From Candidatus Uhrbacteria bacterium RIFCSPHIGHO2_01_FULL_63_20 (GTDB taxonomy: Bacteria > Patescibacteriota > Patescibacteriia > UBA9934 > GWF2-40-263): 46,067 nt of DNA. Every line of letters begins with the position of its first letter. Position 1 is the stretch's first letter. The notes beneath the pieces are model-generated. The model saw only the letters and a program-made list of their open reading frames with translations, was not told the DNA's origin and searched no databases. Where the stretch lies: positions 44,957 to 91,023 of the forward strand of contig MGDT01000006.1 of the NCBI GenBank assembly GCA_001791045.1, in the 5' to 3' direction. Positions 18,302-27,271 of the stretch are shown here, piece after piece. Both the position numbers and the translations under genes were made by a program.

Positions 18302-19612
18302 TTGACACAGACTGCAGCCCGTCGGAACCTCCGCCTCGTCGTCGATCAGGTCCACATCCCCAACCCACGGCTTCCGAAGGTCGTCACGCGCACCGTCGAG
18401 GTGAAGCATGAGGACAAGAAGAGCTGGGTGAAGGCCAAGCTCAAGGTGGAAGTGATCCTCGACGGCGTGCTCTACGTGGTCGCCCAGGACGTGAAGCACC
18501 GATCCGACGGCGTCGACCTGCGGGTCGGCAACGTCCTTTCGCGCAACCTCAAGAACGGCTCGAAAGAGAAGAGCGACATCCGCTTTTCCACCTACCGCAC
18601 CGTCTACGACGCGCTGCGCGGGCTGTCGGACGTGCGGGGTTCCTACGAGTGGGTGGAGCTTCCCCGCAACCGGCGATGGAACGACACCTTGCGCTGGATG
18701 CTCCATGCGAGCTTCGGCATCGCCACGGCGAGCGTCGACCAGCAGGACGCCTACCAGCAGGCCGGCCTCGCGGCGACCGGGGAGAATCTCGGCGTCCGTG
18801 ACGACGGCAAGGTGCGCGCCCTGCAGCGGACGCACGCCGCCTCGCGCCTCACCGACGGCGCCGGCCGGTTCAATCCCGGTCGGCTCCCGCTCATCCTCTG
18901 GAGCGCCATCGGCCTCCTGGAGAAGCGCCTCCAGGACGTGCATCACATCGGCCGGTTCATGGACAAGCGCGTGTACCTGCTCACGCTCTACCTCGACCAG
19001 ATCCACCGGCTCACCCGGGACTGCGAGGCCTACGTGAAGCGCGTGCATGACGCGTCACCGGTGTTCTCCCGCCCCGCGGGCGGGAGGGCCGCCGAGACGA
19101 CGCTCGAACAGGCGGCGCGCAAGGAAGCGCGGGCGCTCGTGAAAGGGGCGGGGGTGCTCGCCCGCATCCACGCGCGTCCCTTCGGCCCGCGTTCCTTCCG
19201 GCATATCGCGAACGACCTCAAGGAGGCGGCGAGCCACCTGAACGCCGGCGTGTACGGCGAGGCGCACGGCTGCCTGAGCCGCGTCCTGCGTTCCATCACG
19301 CTCCTCAAGGAGATGTGGCAGATGCAGCAGATCCTCACCACGCTGCACCTGGTGCGTAGCCGCAAGTTCGTCCCGCCCGCGCGGGACATGGAACGCCTCA
19401 AGCTCGAGCTCGACGCGCTCGTCGATCGCATCGACCGGGACGACCTGGACCACGACTTCGAGACGCCCATCGTCGTCGACGCCGTGTCCCACCTCAAGGA
19501 CGCGTTCAACGGCCTCACCGGCTATTCGGACGACCCGGAGAACGCCCCTCGCGCGCGGGAGAGGATCAATCTGGTCCACGAAAGCGTGCGTGACGCCTGC
19601 GCGATCTTCTAA
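18302..19612 (+). CDS. hypothetical protein (436 aa, largely helical)
   Basis: long ORF with GC3-rich codon usage, GGAGAAGG before the TTG start, own promoter and terminator; no family recognised. Confidence 0.8.
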   Translation: MTQTAARRNLRLVVDQVHIPNPRLPKVVTRTVEVKHEDKKSWVKAKLKVEVILDGVLYVVAQDVKHRSDGVDLRVGNVLSRNLKNGSKEKSDIRFSTYRTVYDALRGLSDVRGSYEWVELPRNRRWNDTLRWMLHASFGIATASVDQQDAYQQAGLAATGENLGVRDDGKVRALQRTHAASRLTDGAGRFNPGRLPLILWSAIGLLEKRLQDVHHIGRFMDKRVYLLTLYLDQIHRLTRDCEAYVKRVHDASPVFSRPAGGRAAETTLEQAARKEARALVKGAGVLARIHARPFGPRSFRHIANDLKEAASHLNAGVYGEAHGCLSRVLRSITLLKEMWQMQQILTTLHLVRSRKFVPPARDMERLKLELDALVDRIDRDDLDHDFETPIVVDAVSHLKDAFNGLTGYSDDPENAPRARERINLVHESVRDACAIF

Positions 19613-19628
19613 GCACGCTCCGCCATCG

Positions 19629-19654
19629 AGGCCCTGGATCCCAGGGCCTTTTTT
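19629..19654 (+). terminator. intrinsic terminator
   Basis: AGGCCCTGG-ATC-CCAGGGCCT followed by a T-run. Confidence 0.75.
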
Positions 19655-19688
19655 CTTTGCCGCGGCCGCGTGTTACGATGCGCCCACC

Positions 19689-21782
19689 ATGAAGGATTTC
19701 ATGCTCCAACCGGCCTCGGGGAAGGCCCGCAGGATCGATTACGCCGGCGAATTGAACGCCGAGCAGCTTGCGGTCGTGGAAGGCGGCGACGGGCCGTGCC
19801 TGGTGCTCGCGGGCGCCGGATCGGGGAAGACGCGTACCGTGACCTACCGCGTCGCCTATCTCCTGGAAGGGGGAGTCCGACCGGAAGAGATCCTGCTCCT
19901 CACCTTCACCAACAAGGCGGCCAGGGAAATGCTCGAGCGCGTGCAGGCGCTGCTCGGGTCGGACGCCTCCGGGTTGTGGGGCGGCACGTTCCATTCGGTG
20001 GCCAACCGGCTGCTTCGCCGATACGCGCCGCTGGTGGGGCGCACGAACGCCTTCACCATCCTGGACGAGGAAGACGCCAAGGATTTCGTGAAGCTGTGCG
20101 TGAAGGATCTCGACGTGGATACGACCGCGCGACGGTTTCCGAGCCCCTCCGTGCTGAAGGGGATCGTGAGTTACACGCGCAACGCCGGCAAGGGCGTCCG
20201 CGAATTGCTGGAGGCGAGATATCCCAGCTTCCTGGACCTGTGCCCGACGGTCGAACGGGTGGCCGAGCTGTATGAGGAACGCAAGGCACGGTCGGACGCC
20301 ATGGATTTCGACGACCTGCTCATCCTCCTGTTGCGGCTGTTGCGCGAGCGGCCGGACGTGAAGGATTCTCTCGCGAGCCAGTTCCGCTACGTGCTCGTGG
20401 ACGAGTATCAGGACACGAACGCGCTCCAAGCCAACATCGTCCGTGAGCTTTCGAGCGTGCACCGGAACCTGCTCGTGGTCGGCGACGACGCGCAAAGCAT
20501 CTACTCGTTCCGCGCGGCGGACGTGCGGAACATCCTGTCGTTCCCCGACCTGTATCCGGGGACCAAGACCTTCCGGCTGCTCACCAACTATCGGTCCACG
20601 CCCGACATCCTGTCGCTCGCGAACGGGGTGATCTCGAGCAACCGCGGGCAGTTCAAGAAGGAGCTGCGCGCGGTGCGGCCCTCGGAAGAACTCCCGAACC
20701 TGGTCCCGGCCGGCACCGACGCCGAGGAGGCGCGGTTCATCGCCCAGCGCACGCTCGAGCTGCGCGACGAAGGGGTGCCGCTCAACGAGATCGCGGTGCT
20801 GTTCCGCGCGAGCTTCCATTCGCAGGCGCTCGAATTCGAGCTCATGAAACGCGACGTGCCCTACGACTATCGCGGCGGGATGAAGTTTTTCGAGCGCGCG
20901 CACGTGAAGGACGCGGTCGCGCACCTGCGCCTCATCGCGAACCCCAAGGACGAGGCGGCCTGGATGCGCGTGCTTTCCCTGCAAGGCGGGATCGGGACCG
21001 CGACGGCAGGGAAGATCATCGACGGGCTGCGCGGCTCCTCCACCATCCTGGAAGCGCTTGAGCGGACGCCGGTGTCCGGCAAAGCCGCGCGCGGATGGGA
21101 AACGGCGCGCGTGGCGCTCTGTGCCGCGGCCTCTTCGTCGACGCCCGCGGACATGGTGCGCGAGGTGGCGAGCGGCAGCTACCGCGATTACCTCGAGGCC
21201 GAGTATCCGGATTTCCGCGACCGGTTGGAGGACCTGGAACAGTTCGCCGTGTTCGCCGACGGGTACGACGACCTCACGAAATTCCTGGACGAGGTGTCGC
21301 TCACGGATCCCGCCTTCGCCAAGGCTTCGGCGGGCAGGCAGTACGGCGAGGCGGAACATGAGGAGAAGATGGTGCTCTCGACCATCCACCAGGCCAAAGG
21401 GCTCGAGTGGGACGCGGTGTTCGTGATGGGGCTGTGTGACGGGAAATTCCCCAACCCGCGCGCGATGGGGGAGGAGGGCGGGATGGAAGAGGAACGCCGC
21501 CTGTTGTACGTGGCCGCGACGCGCGCCCGGAACCGGTTGTATCTCACCTATCCGGTCGCCTCGCTCACCGACTCGCTCGCGATCGGCGCGCCATCCCCGT
21601 TCCTCACCGAGCTTCCGGACGGGCTCGTCGAAGAGGTTCGATTACGGAGCGCCGCGCCGCGACCGTCGCCGTTCCGTCCAAAATGGGGGAACGACGACGA
21701 GCCGCTGATCGTGCTCGATGATCTGGGCGAGCGAAAGGACGTGCCGTACAAGAGCTTGCTCCGCCGCGTGGATGACCTATGA
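19689..21782 (+). CDS. uvrD: UvrD/PcrA-family ATP-dependent DNA helicase
   Basis: AGAGSGKT, LVDEYQD, VGDDAQSIY.FR, NYRS, TIHQAKGLEW and EERRLLYVA.TRA motifs. Confidence 0.92.
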   Translation: MKDFMLQPASGKARRIDYAGELNAEQLAVVEGGDGPCLVLAGAGSGKTRTVTYRVAYLLEGGVRPEEILLLTFTNKAAREMLERVQALLGSDASGLWGGTFHSVANRLLRRYAPLVGRTNAFTILDEEDAKDFVKLCVKDLDVDTTARRFPSPSVLKGIVSYTRNAGKGVRELLEARYPSFLDLCPTVERVAELYEERKARSDAMDFDDLLILLLRLLRERPDVKDSLASQFRYVLVDEYQDTNALQANIVRELSSVHRNLLVVGDDAQSIYSFRAADVRNILSFPDLYPGTKTFRLLTNYRSTPDILSLANGVISSNRGQFKKELRAVRPSEELPNLVPAGTDAEEARFIAQRTLELRDEGVPLNEIAVLFRASFHSQALEFELMKRDVPYDYRGGMKFFERAHVKDAVAHLRLIANPKDEAAWMRVLSLQGGIGTATAGKIIDGLRGSSTILEALERTPVSGKAARGWETARVALCAAASSSTPADMVREVASGSYRDYLEAEYPDFRDRLEDLEQFAVFADGYDDLTKFLDEVSLTDPAFAKASAGRQYGEAEHEEKMVLSTIHQAKGLEWDAVFVMGLCDGKFPNPRAMGEEGGMEEERRLLYVAATRARNRLYLTYPVASLTDSLAIGAPSPFLTELPDGLVEEVRLRSAAPRPSPFRPKWGNDDEPLIVLDDLGERKDVPYKSLLRRVDDL
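21309..21334 (+). repeat. small palindromic repeat read in frame within uvrD
   Basis: CCCGCC-TTC-GCC-AA-GGC-TTC-GGCGGG encodes PAFAKASAG; related to the hairpin at 9267-9298. Confidence 0.65.
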
Positions 21783-22348
21783 GATACGTCACGTCCCGTT
21801 CCCGATCCTCCCGCCGCGTGAGCCGGCTCATGCCCGCGCTCGCGACCGCGTTCTTCGTGTTACTCATCGCCGGCGCGTTCGTCGGGGCCGTGTACCTGTT
21901 CCGCATGAAAGGAAACGCCGCGGACGCGCCATCCCCCCTACCCGAGGGGGGGACGAGGGGGGTGGGAGTCGCGGACGCGCTCATCCCGCGTACGGCGATC
22001 GAGGACAGGGAGGCCGCGCTCTACGACGTGCGCGACAGCCTCAAGGTCGGCGTCGCCCGACGCGGGGTGGAAGACGGCAAGCCGTATTTCGAGATCGTCA
22101 TGAATCCGCCCGCGATCGACCGCGAGACGCACGCGTACGAAGCGTGGATCGTGCGACCGGTGCCGTACGATTATTTCTCCGTCGGAGAAATGGTGACCAA
22201 CGACCTGGGCGAGTTCGTGGTCCGATGGGAGGGAGAGAAGGGGACCGACGTGGACGAATACACGCGCGTCGTAGTCACGCTCGAAGCGAAAGACGGCAAC
22301 CCGGACCCCGGCGAGCAGGTAATCAAGGGCGTGTTCGGCGCCGACTAG
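21779..22348 (+). CDS. hypothetical membrane-anchored protein
   Basis: N-terminal TM; YEAW and VVVTLE..DG..DPG..V.KG pattern reminiscent of RskA-like extracellular domains. Confidence 0.75.
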   Translation: MRYVTSRSRSSRRVSRLMPALATAFFVLLIAGAFVGAVYLFRMKGNAADAPSPLPEGGTRGVGVADALIPRTAIEDREAALYDVRDSLKVGVARRGVEDGKPYFEIVMNPPAIDRETHAYEAWIVRPVPYDYFSVGEMVTNDLGEFVVRWEGEKGTDVDEYTRVVVTLEAKDGNPDPGEQVIKGVFGAD

Positions 22349-22450
22349 GGCGCCGGAGCCGCTGGATGACCACGCGCGATCGTTTTCCCGGACGGAACAC
22401 GGTGCGGGCGTGGTCTTTGTTGTTCATGAAGAGGCGGAAGGCGGTGGCGT

Positions 22451-23692
22451 TCATAATTCGTGGTCGTACGCGAATCCGCTGGTCCGTTCCAAGATGGGGG
22501 TGGTGAGAAGCGAGGCGCGCGTCCAGGCGCGGGAGCCGAAGCGGCGCGTGGCCCGGTCGAGCGCCATGACCGCCGCGGCGGTGCGGCATTCCTTCGGGAA
22601 GAGGGAAACCTGCGTCGCGCCGCGCGTGAGCGTCCCGGCCGAGATGCCCACCAGGCGGATGGGACGATCGGGGTCGCGGCCGGACTCGATCAGCGACCAG
22701 GCGATGCGGAACAGGGCAAGGCCGTCGTCCACTCCCTCGCGGAACCGATGTTCGCTCCCGGACCCGTCGAAACGATGTCCTGAGCTTGTCGAAGGATCCC
22801 CGTAGCGGATGAAGGCGGAAACGCTTCGCGCCTTGAATCCGTCGCGTCGCAGCCGCCATCCCACCTTGTCGCACAGCCCCAGCAGGTAGCGTCGGATGGT
22901 CTTGGGCGCATACGCGTCGCGGGGCAGGGTGTATGAATGGCCCACGGATTTGGGATCCGCCTCGTCGCCGACGACCTCGTCGTCTCCCATGCCGCGCGCG
23001 GCGGCGTAGAGCCACGCGCCGTAGCTGTTGAATTCGCGCAGGAGCGTATCGAGCGTGACGTCGCGCAATTGCTTGAGAGTGGTCACTCCCAGGCGTTCCA
23101 GATGCCGGGCGGTGCGCGGGCCGATCCCGCACAGGTCCTGGAGATCGCACGAATCGAGGAACGCGATCTCGTCGCCCGGCTTCACCACCACGAGCCCGTC
23201 GGGCTTCATCGTCTCGGACGCGGCCTTGGCGAGCAGCTTGTTCCTCGCGATCCCGATGGAAGCCGTGATCCATTCGCCGCACTCCTCGCGCAGGCGCCTC
23301 CTGATGATCTGCGCGACCATGATCGCGCCCAGGTAATCACGCGCGGTCTCGGTGACGTCGAGGAAGCTTTCGTCCACGCTGAACCGTTCGAGCTTGTCGG
23401 AAAGATCACGGAAGATCGCATTGAACCGTTCGGTGATCTCGCCGTACTTTTCGGGGTCGCCCGGAACCAGGATGATGGACGGGCAGATCTTTTTCGCTTC
23501 CCAGGTGAACATGGCGGTCTTCACCCCGAGTTTTTTCGCCTCACGACTCGCGGCGGCCACCACCGAGCGTTCGGTGCGTTTGCCCGTGACGCCGATCGGC
23601 TTGCCGCGCAGGCGTGGGTTCGCCTGCTGCTCCACGGAGGCGAAGTAGGAATTCATGTCGGCATGGATGATGATGCGTCTAGCCGTCGGCAT
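22451..23692 (-). CDS. dinB: Y-family DNA polymerase IV
   Basis: IIHADMNSYFASVE, AASREAK..GV, SVDESFLD, NKLLAK.AS...KPDG and GIGPRT motifs. Confidence 0.95.
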   Translation of the reverse strand: MPTARRIIIHADMNSYFASVEQQANPRLRGKPIGVTGKRTERSVVAAASREAKKLGVKTAMFTWEAKKICPSIILVPGDPEKYGEITERFNAIFRDLSDKLERFSVDESFLDVTETARDYLGAIMVAQIIRRRLREECGEWITASIGIARNKLLAKAASETMKPDGLVVVKPGDEIAFLDSCDLQDLCGIGPRTARHLERLGVTTLKQLRDVTLDTLLREFNSYGAWLYAAARGMGDDEVVGDEADPKSVGHSYTLPRDAYAPKTIRRYLLGLCDKVGWRLRRDGFKARSVSAFIRYGDPSTSSGHRFDGSGSEHRFREGVDDGLALFRIAWSLIESGRDPDRPIRLVGISAGTLTRGATQVSLFPKECRTAAAVMALDRATRRFGSRAWTRASLLTTPILERTSGFAYDHEL

Positions 23693-23927
23693 ATAATTCC
23701 ACCATCTTCCACTGCAACGCTTCGGTGTCGAGCCGTAGCTTGAAATCATGGTTCCGGTCGGACACCGAGAAGTAGAACACGCGTCGCTCTCCCTCGTTCG
23801 TGGCATGGATGAGGTTCACGCGTTCCACGGCATACTCGCGTCCGCGCCAACGCAACCGGCGCGGGGTCACGCGGCCGTCGGTGAAGGAGACGACGACGTC
23901 GATCGGATCATCGCACGTCTCGTGCAT
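23679..23927 (-). CDS. small hypothetical protein coupled to dinB (DUF6504-like)
   Basis: 82 aa, P..L.WRGR.Y.V...W pattern; overlaps the dinB start. Confidence 0.75.
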   Translation of the reverse strand: MHETCDDPIDVVVSFTDGRVTPRRLRWRGREYAVERVNLIHATNEGERRVFYFSVSDRNHDFKLRLDTEALQWKMVELYADG

Positions 23928-24084
23928 AATCCATGCGTGAGAGCATCTCGCGCACGGCTTGCTTGAACCGGCGACGGGACACGCGCAGGCGCAGCCGGTT
24001 GAGGGAGCGCTCGAGCTCGCGCTCTTGGCGGAACGGGACGAACCCAAGGGTCATGTCGTAGTAGCGGAGCGTCGCGGTAGACAT
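23908..24084 (-). CDS. 58-aa basic hypothetical protein (below the ORF-track cutoff)
   Basis: translated by eye: MSTATLRYYDMTLGFVPFRQERELERSLNRLRLRVSRRRFKQAVREMLSRMDYARDVR; fills the gap after lexA. Confidence 0.5.
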   Translation of the reverse strand: MSTATLRYYDMTLGFVPFRQERELERSLNRLRLRVSRRRFKQAVREMLSRMDYARDVR

Positions 24085-24114
24085 AGAGGTAAGGGTGATA
24101 AGGGTTATTCTCTT

Positions 24115-24732
24115 CTACACCGGCTGGAACTTGCGGATGACGGCCCGGACGACGCCCTGGATGATGCAATCCTTCACGTAGATCGGATCCATGGCGCTGT
24201 TCGCTGGTTGGAGGCGGATGCGGTTGGTCTCGCGGTAGAACCGTTTGAGCGTCGCATACGCGTTGTCGAGCAGGGCCACCACCACTTCGCCGTTCCTGGG
24301 GCTCGGGTTGCGCTCGATGACCACGAAGTCCCCGTCGTGGATCCCGTCGTCGATCATGGAGCGTCCTTTCACGCGCAGCACGTAGGAGTTGGCGCCGTCG
24401 AGCACGAACTGGGTGGGCACGGCGAAGGTCTCGCGTTCCTCGAGCGCTTCGATCGGGACGCCGGCCGTGATGAGGCCGACCAGCGGGAGTTCGAGGGCGA
24501 GCGCGGCGCTTTGTCCGGTCTCCACGAGCTCGATGGAGCGCGCTTCGCCCTCATCGCCCACGGCGATCATCCCTTTCTCGGAGAGCGTCTTCACATGCTG
24601 GTGCACCGTGGCGGGGGAGGAGAGGCCGAAGTGTTCGGCAATCTCGCGGTAACTCGGCGCGTACCCGTGTTCCTCGATGTGCCCGCGGATGTGGGCAAGG
24701 ATCTCGGCCTGCTTTTTGGTAAGAGGTGGCAT
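24115..24732 (-). CDS. lexA: SOS repressor LexA
   Basis: LT.KQ..IL and GYAPSYREIA HTH region, AG cleavage site (ITAGVP), GRSM serine, ATLKRF lysine. Confidence 0.97.
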   Translation of the reverse strand: MPPLTKKQAEILAHIRGHIEEHGYAPSYREIAEHFGLSSPATVHQHVKTLSEKGMIAVGDEGEARSIELVETGQSAALALELPLVGLITAGVPIEALEERETFAVPTQFVLDGANSYVLRVKGRSMIDDGIHDGDFVVIERNPSPRNGEVVVALLDNAYATLKRFYRETNRIRLQPANSAMDPIYVKDCIIQGVVRAVIRKFQPV

Positions 24733-24738
24733 ATAGCT

Positions 24739-24780
24739 GTTCGTGTTATGTTCGTATTGTAATGCGAACAAAAACCGAAC
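24739..24780 (-). promoter_or_regulatory. putative LexA operator array overlapping the lexA promoter
   Basis: GTTC-N7-GTTC (24739-24753) and GAAC-N7-GAAC (24766-24780) flank a minus-strand TACAAT -10 (24756-24761). Confidence 0.65.
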
Positions 24781-24868
24781 ACAAGGGCTCAAGGTTGGCC
24801 AAGAAACGGTTGGGTGTGGATAACTTTTCGAACACAGGGCAGGGGACTTGCTACTCTTCTCGCACCTT

Positions 24869-25897
24869 ATGTTGAAAGCGGTCGAAAGCGCGTGCGCCGG
24901 ACAACCGGACAAGGTGTGCGACCAGGTGGCGGACGCCCTCGTGGACGAGTTCGTGCGCCGCGACCCCGCTTCGAGCGTGGACCTGTCCGTGCTCGGCAGC
25001 CACGGGATGCTCATGGTGGCCGGCGAGGTGGATTCGCGGGCGGATTTCGATCTCGCGTCGCTCGCCAAGAAGGCGTACGCGGAGGCAGGCTATGCGGACG
25101 AGGTCGAGGTGTTCGTGAACGTCGAGAAGCCGTCCGACGAGATGAAGGGCGCGCCGCGCGGCGCGACCGACACGCGCGTGGTGCGCGGATACGCCACGCG
25201 CGAGACGCGCGAGATGCTGCCGCGTCCCGTGGTGTACGCGCACGCCATGACGCGGCGGCTCGACGAGCTGCGGCGGCTGGATCCGCTCTTCGGCTGGCTC
25301 AAAAGCGACGGCAAGGCGCAGGTGGTGATGGACGGCGACCGCGTGCACGCCGTCACCGTGCTCGCGAGCCACGGCGCCGGCATCTCGCCGCGCGAGGTGA
25401 AACGCGCGCTCATCGAGCGCGTGATCGTGCCCGTCATGGGCGAGGAGCCGCCGGCGATCCACGTGAACCCGCTGGGAGCCTTCGTGACCGACGGGTTCCA
25501 CGCCGATTCGGGGATGAGCGGTCGCCACGCCGAGTCCGACGCGTACGGGGCGCTCGTGCCGTTCGGTACCGCGCTTTCGGGGCGCGACCCGTACAAGCGC
25601 GCCGGCGCCTACCTTGCCCGCCACGCGGCCCGTTCGATCGTGGCGCAAGGACTCGCGCAGGCCGTGACCGTGACCGTGGCCTACACCATGGGACGCGCCG
25701 AGCCGATCTTGGTCGAAGTGCGCGGCGTGCTCGAGAAATCGCGCGGCGCCAAGTTGGATCTCACCGAAGTGACGCGTCGTGAGTACGATTTCCGTCCCGA
25801 GGCCGCCGTCGAGCGCCTGTCGCTCGCCCGCCCGCTGTACCGCGCCGCATCGCTCTACGGCCAGTTCGGCCGAGGAGGATTTCCATGGGAAGAATGA
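24869..25897 (+). CDS. metK: S-adenosylmethionine synthetase-like protein (divergent)
   Basis: ES..G.PDKVCDQ..D, GYAT.ET..M.LP, DGK.QV, VNP.G.F, AY.AR and YGQFGR..FPWE; several catalytic motifs altered. Confidence 0.8.
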   Translation: MLKAVESACAGQPDKVCDQVADALVDEFVRRDPASSVDLSVLGSHGMLMVAGEVDSRADFDLASLAKKAYAEAGYADEVEVFVNVEKPSDEMKGAPRGATDTRVVRGYATRETREMLPRPVVYAHAMTRRLDELRRLDPLFGWLKSDGKAQVVMDGDRVHAVTVLASHGAGISPREVKRALIERVIVPVMGEEPPAIHVNPLGAFVTDGFHADSGMSGRHAESDAYGALVPFGTALSGRDPYKRAGAYLARHAARSIVAQGLAQAVTVTVAYTMGRAEPILVEVRGVLEKSRGAKLDLTEVTRREYDFRPEAAVERLSLARPLYRAASLYGQFGRGGFPWEE

Positions 25898-25987
25898 TTA
25901 CTTACGAAAATGATCCGACCGGATCGATTTCGTGAGCAAGGCGGAACCGATCGGATTTGCTATACTACGCGGGATATCCTCCCGCGT

Positions 25988-26182
25988 ATGATTTTCGGCT
26001 GGCTCTTCCTTGCCGTGCTCGTGACCCTCGCCGGCGCGGGGGTGGCGGTGCTCATGCAGGAGGTCGAGCAGGAGCACGACGACGAAGCCGCTTACGGGCG
26101 ACGCATCGACGAGCAGCAAGCCGCCATAAAGGTCGCTCGAAGCAAAGCCGCCCGTCCGCGCCGAACCCGCCGTTCCGCATGA
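25988..26182 (+). CDS. small single-TM hypothetical protein
   Basis: 64 aa with N-terminal TM; TATACT -10-like box at 25961; stop overlaps the next start. Confidence 0.55.
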   Translation: MIFGWLFLAVLVTLAGAGVAVLMQEVEQEHDDEAAYGRRIDEQQAAIKVARSKAARPRRTRRSA

Positions 26183-26916
26183 TTCCCTCCCGCCTTCCTC
26201 ACGCCGTGGTGCTCGTGTCCGTCGCGATCGCGGTCGGGAGCCTTGCGGTCGGCGCGCTCCCTGATCCGGACCGGCACCGCGCGGTGTCCGACGACGGCCG
26301 TCTCGCGGTGGAATGGCGCGGATCCGACGGCGCCTCGATCGCCCGGGTCTCGGACGCCCGTACCGACGGGTTCACCGCGTACCTGATCCTGTCCGGCGGT
26401 CTCCCGATCCATGGGGCGTTCACGCTCACCTTCTCCTCCGCGTCCGACTGGGCGCCCAGCCGGTTCGGCGACGTGCCGCTCGCCCTGTGGGGATACGACC
26501 CGTCCGTGCTTGCCTGGCGACGGGCGAGCTCGGTGGAGGACGCGAGCACCGGCATGATCGAGGCGGAAGGGATCCCGGGGATCGACCGATGGATGCCGGC
26601 CCCCCGCGACCCCGGCGAGTCCTCTCCCCAGACCCCGGTGCTGTTGGACGCGCTCCTCTCGTTCCCTCCGCCAGGCGCGGTGGGGTTCACCGCTTCTGCC
26701 GCGGTCGCGCCTGACGCGGACGCGTTCTTCTTGGTGGACGATTCCCTCGCGAATGGCGGCTGCGGCGGCCTGTTCCATCCGGGGCGTGAACGCACCCTCA
26801 CGAGCCGCGAGGTGGTGAGCGACGACCGCTCGACCCGCGTCACCGTCGCGTGGGAACTCGCCGACGGCTGCGCCGAGAACCAGCCCTTGTCCACAAGGGG
26901 AGTTGCGCGGCCGTGA
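26179..26916 (+). CDS. hypothetical exported protein
   Basis: signal/TM at the N-terminus; ATGA overlap with the upstream ORF. Confidence 0.65.
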   Translation: MIPSRLPHAVVLVSVAIAVGSLAVGALPDPDRHRAVSDDGRLAVEWRGSDGASIARVSDARTDGFTAYLILSGGLPIHGAFTLTFSSASDWAPSRFGDVPLALWGYDPSVLAWRRASSVEDASTGMIEAEGIPGIDRWMPAPRDPGESSPQTPVLLDALLSFPPPGAVGFTASAAVAPDADAFFLVDDSLANGGCGGLFHPGRERTLTSREVVSDDRSTRVTVAWELADGCAENQPLSTRGVARP

Positions 26917-26954
26917 TATCATGTTCGCAATCCTAAGGAGGAATCCCCACGCGT

Positions 26955-27266
26955 ATGCCAGCCAAGAAATCGGTCCGTCGCGTCCGACGCGCCAGGATGT
27001 CCGACGACCTGTCCCCCATGTCGCTCTTGCAGGCGCCTGACGAACCGAAACCCGAACCCATGCCGGGCCCGCAGCTGTCCTACGGCTGCTCGAGCTGCCA
27101 GCACCTGCCCATGGCCTCGCACCGCCTGATTGCGTATTTCGGCGCGTTCATGGTACTCATGTCCGGCGTGCTTTTGTCCTCGACTTTCGTGGCCGAAGCG
27201 TCCGCATGGCAGGACCTGTTCGATCAGGTGAGTTCTGCCGCCAGCGGCCTCTCCTCGGGCACCTGA
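26955..27266 (+). CDS. hypothetical protein with a CxxC motif and C-terminal TM
   Basis: 103 aa; CSSCQH; hydrophobic segment. Confidence 0.55.
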   Translation: MPAKKSVRRVRRARMSDDLSPMSLLQAPDEPKPEPMPGPQLSYGCSSCQHLPMASHRLIAYFGAFMVLMSGVLLSSTFVAEASAWQDLFDQVSSAASGLSSGT

Positions 27267-27271
27267 ACGCT

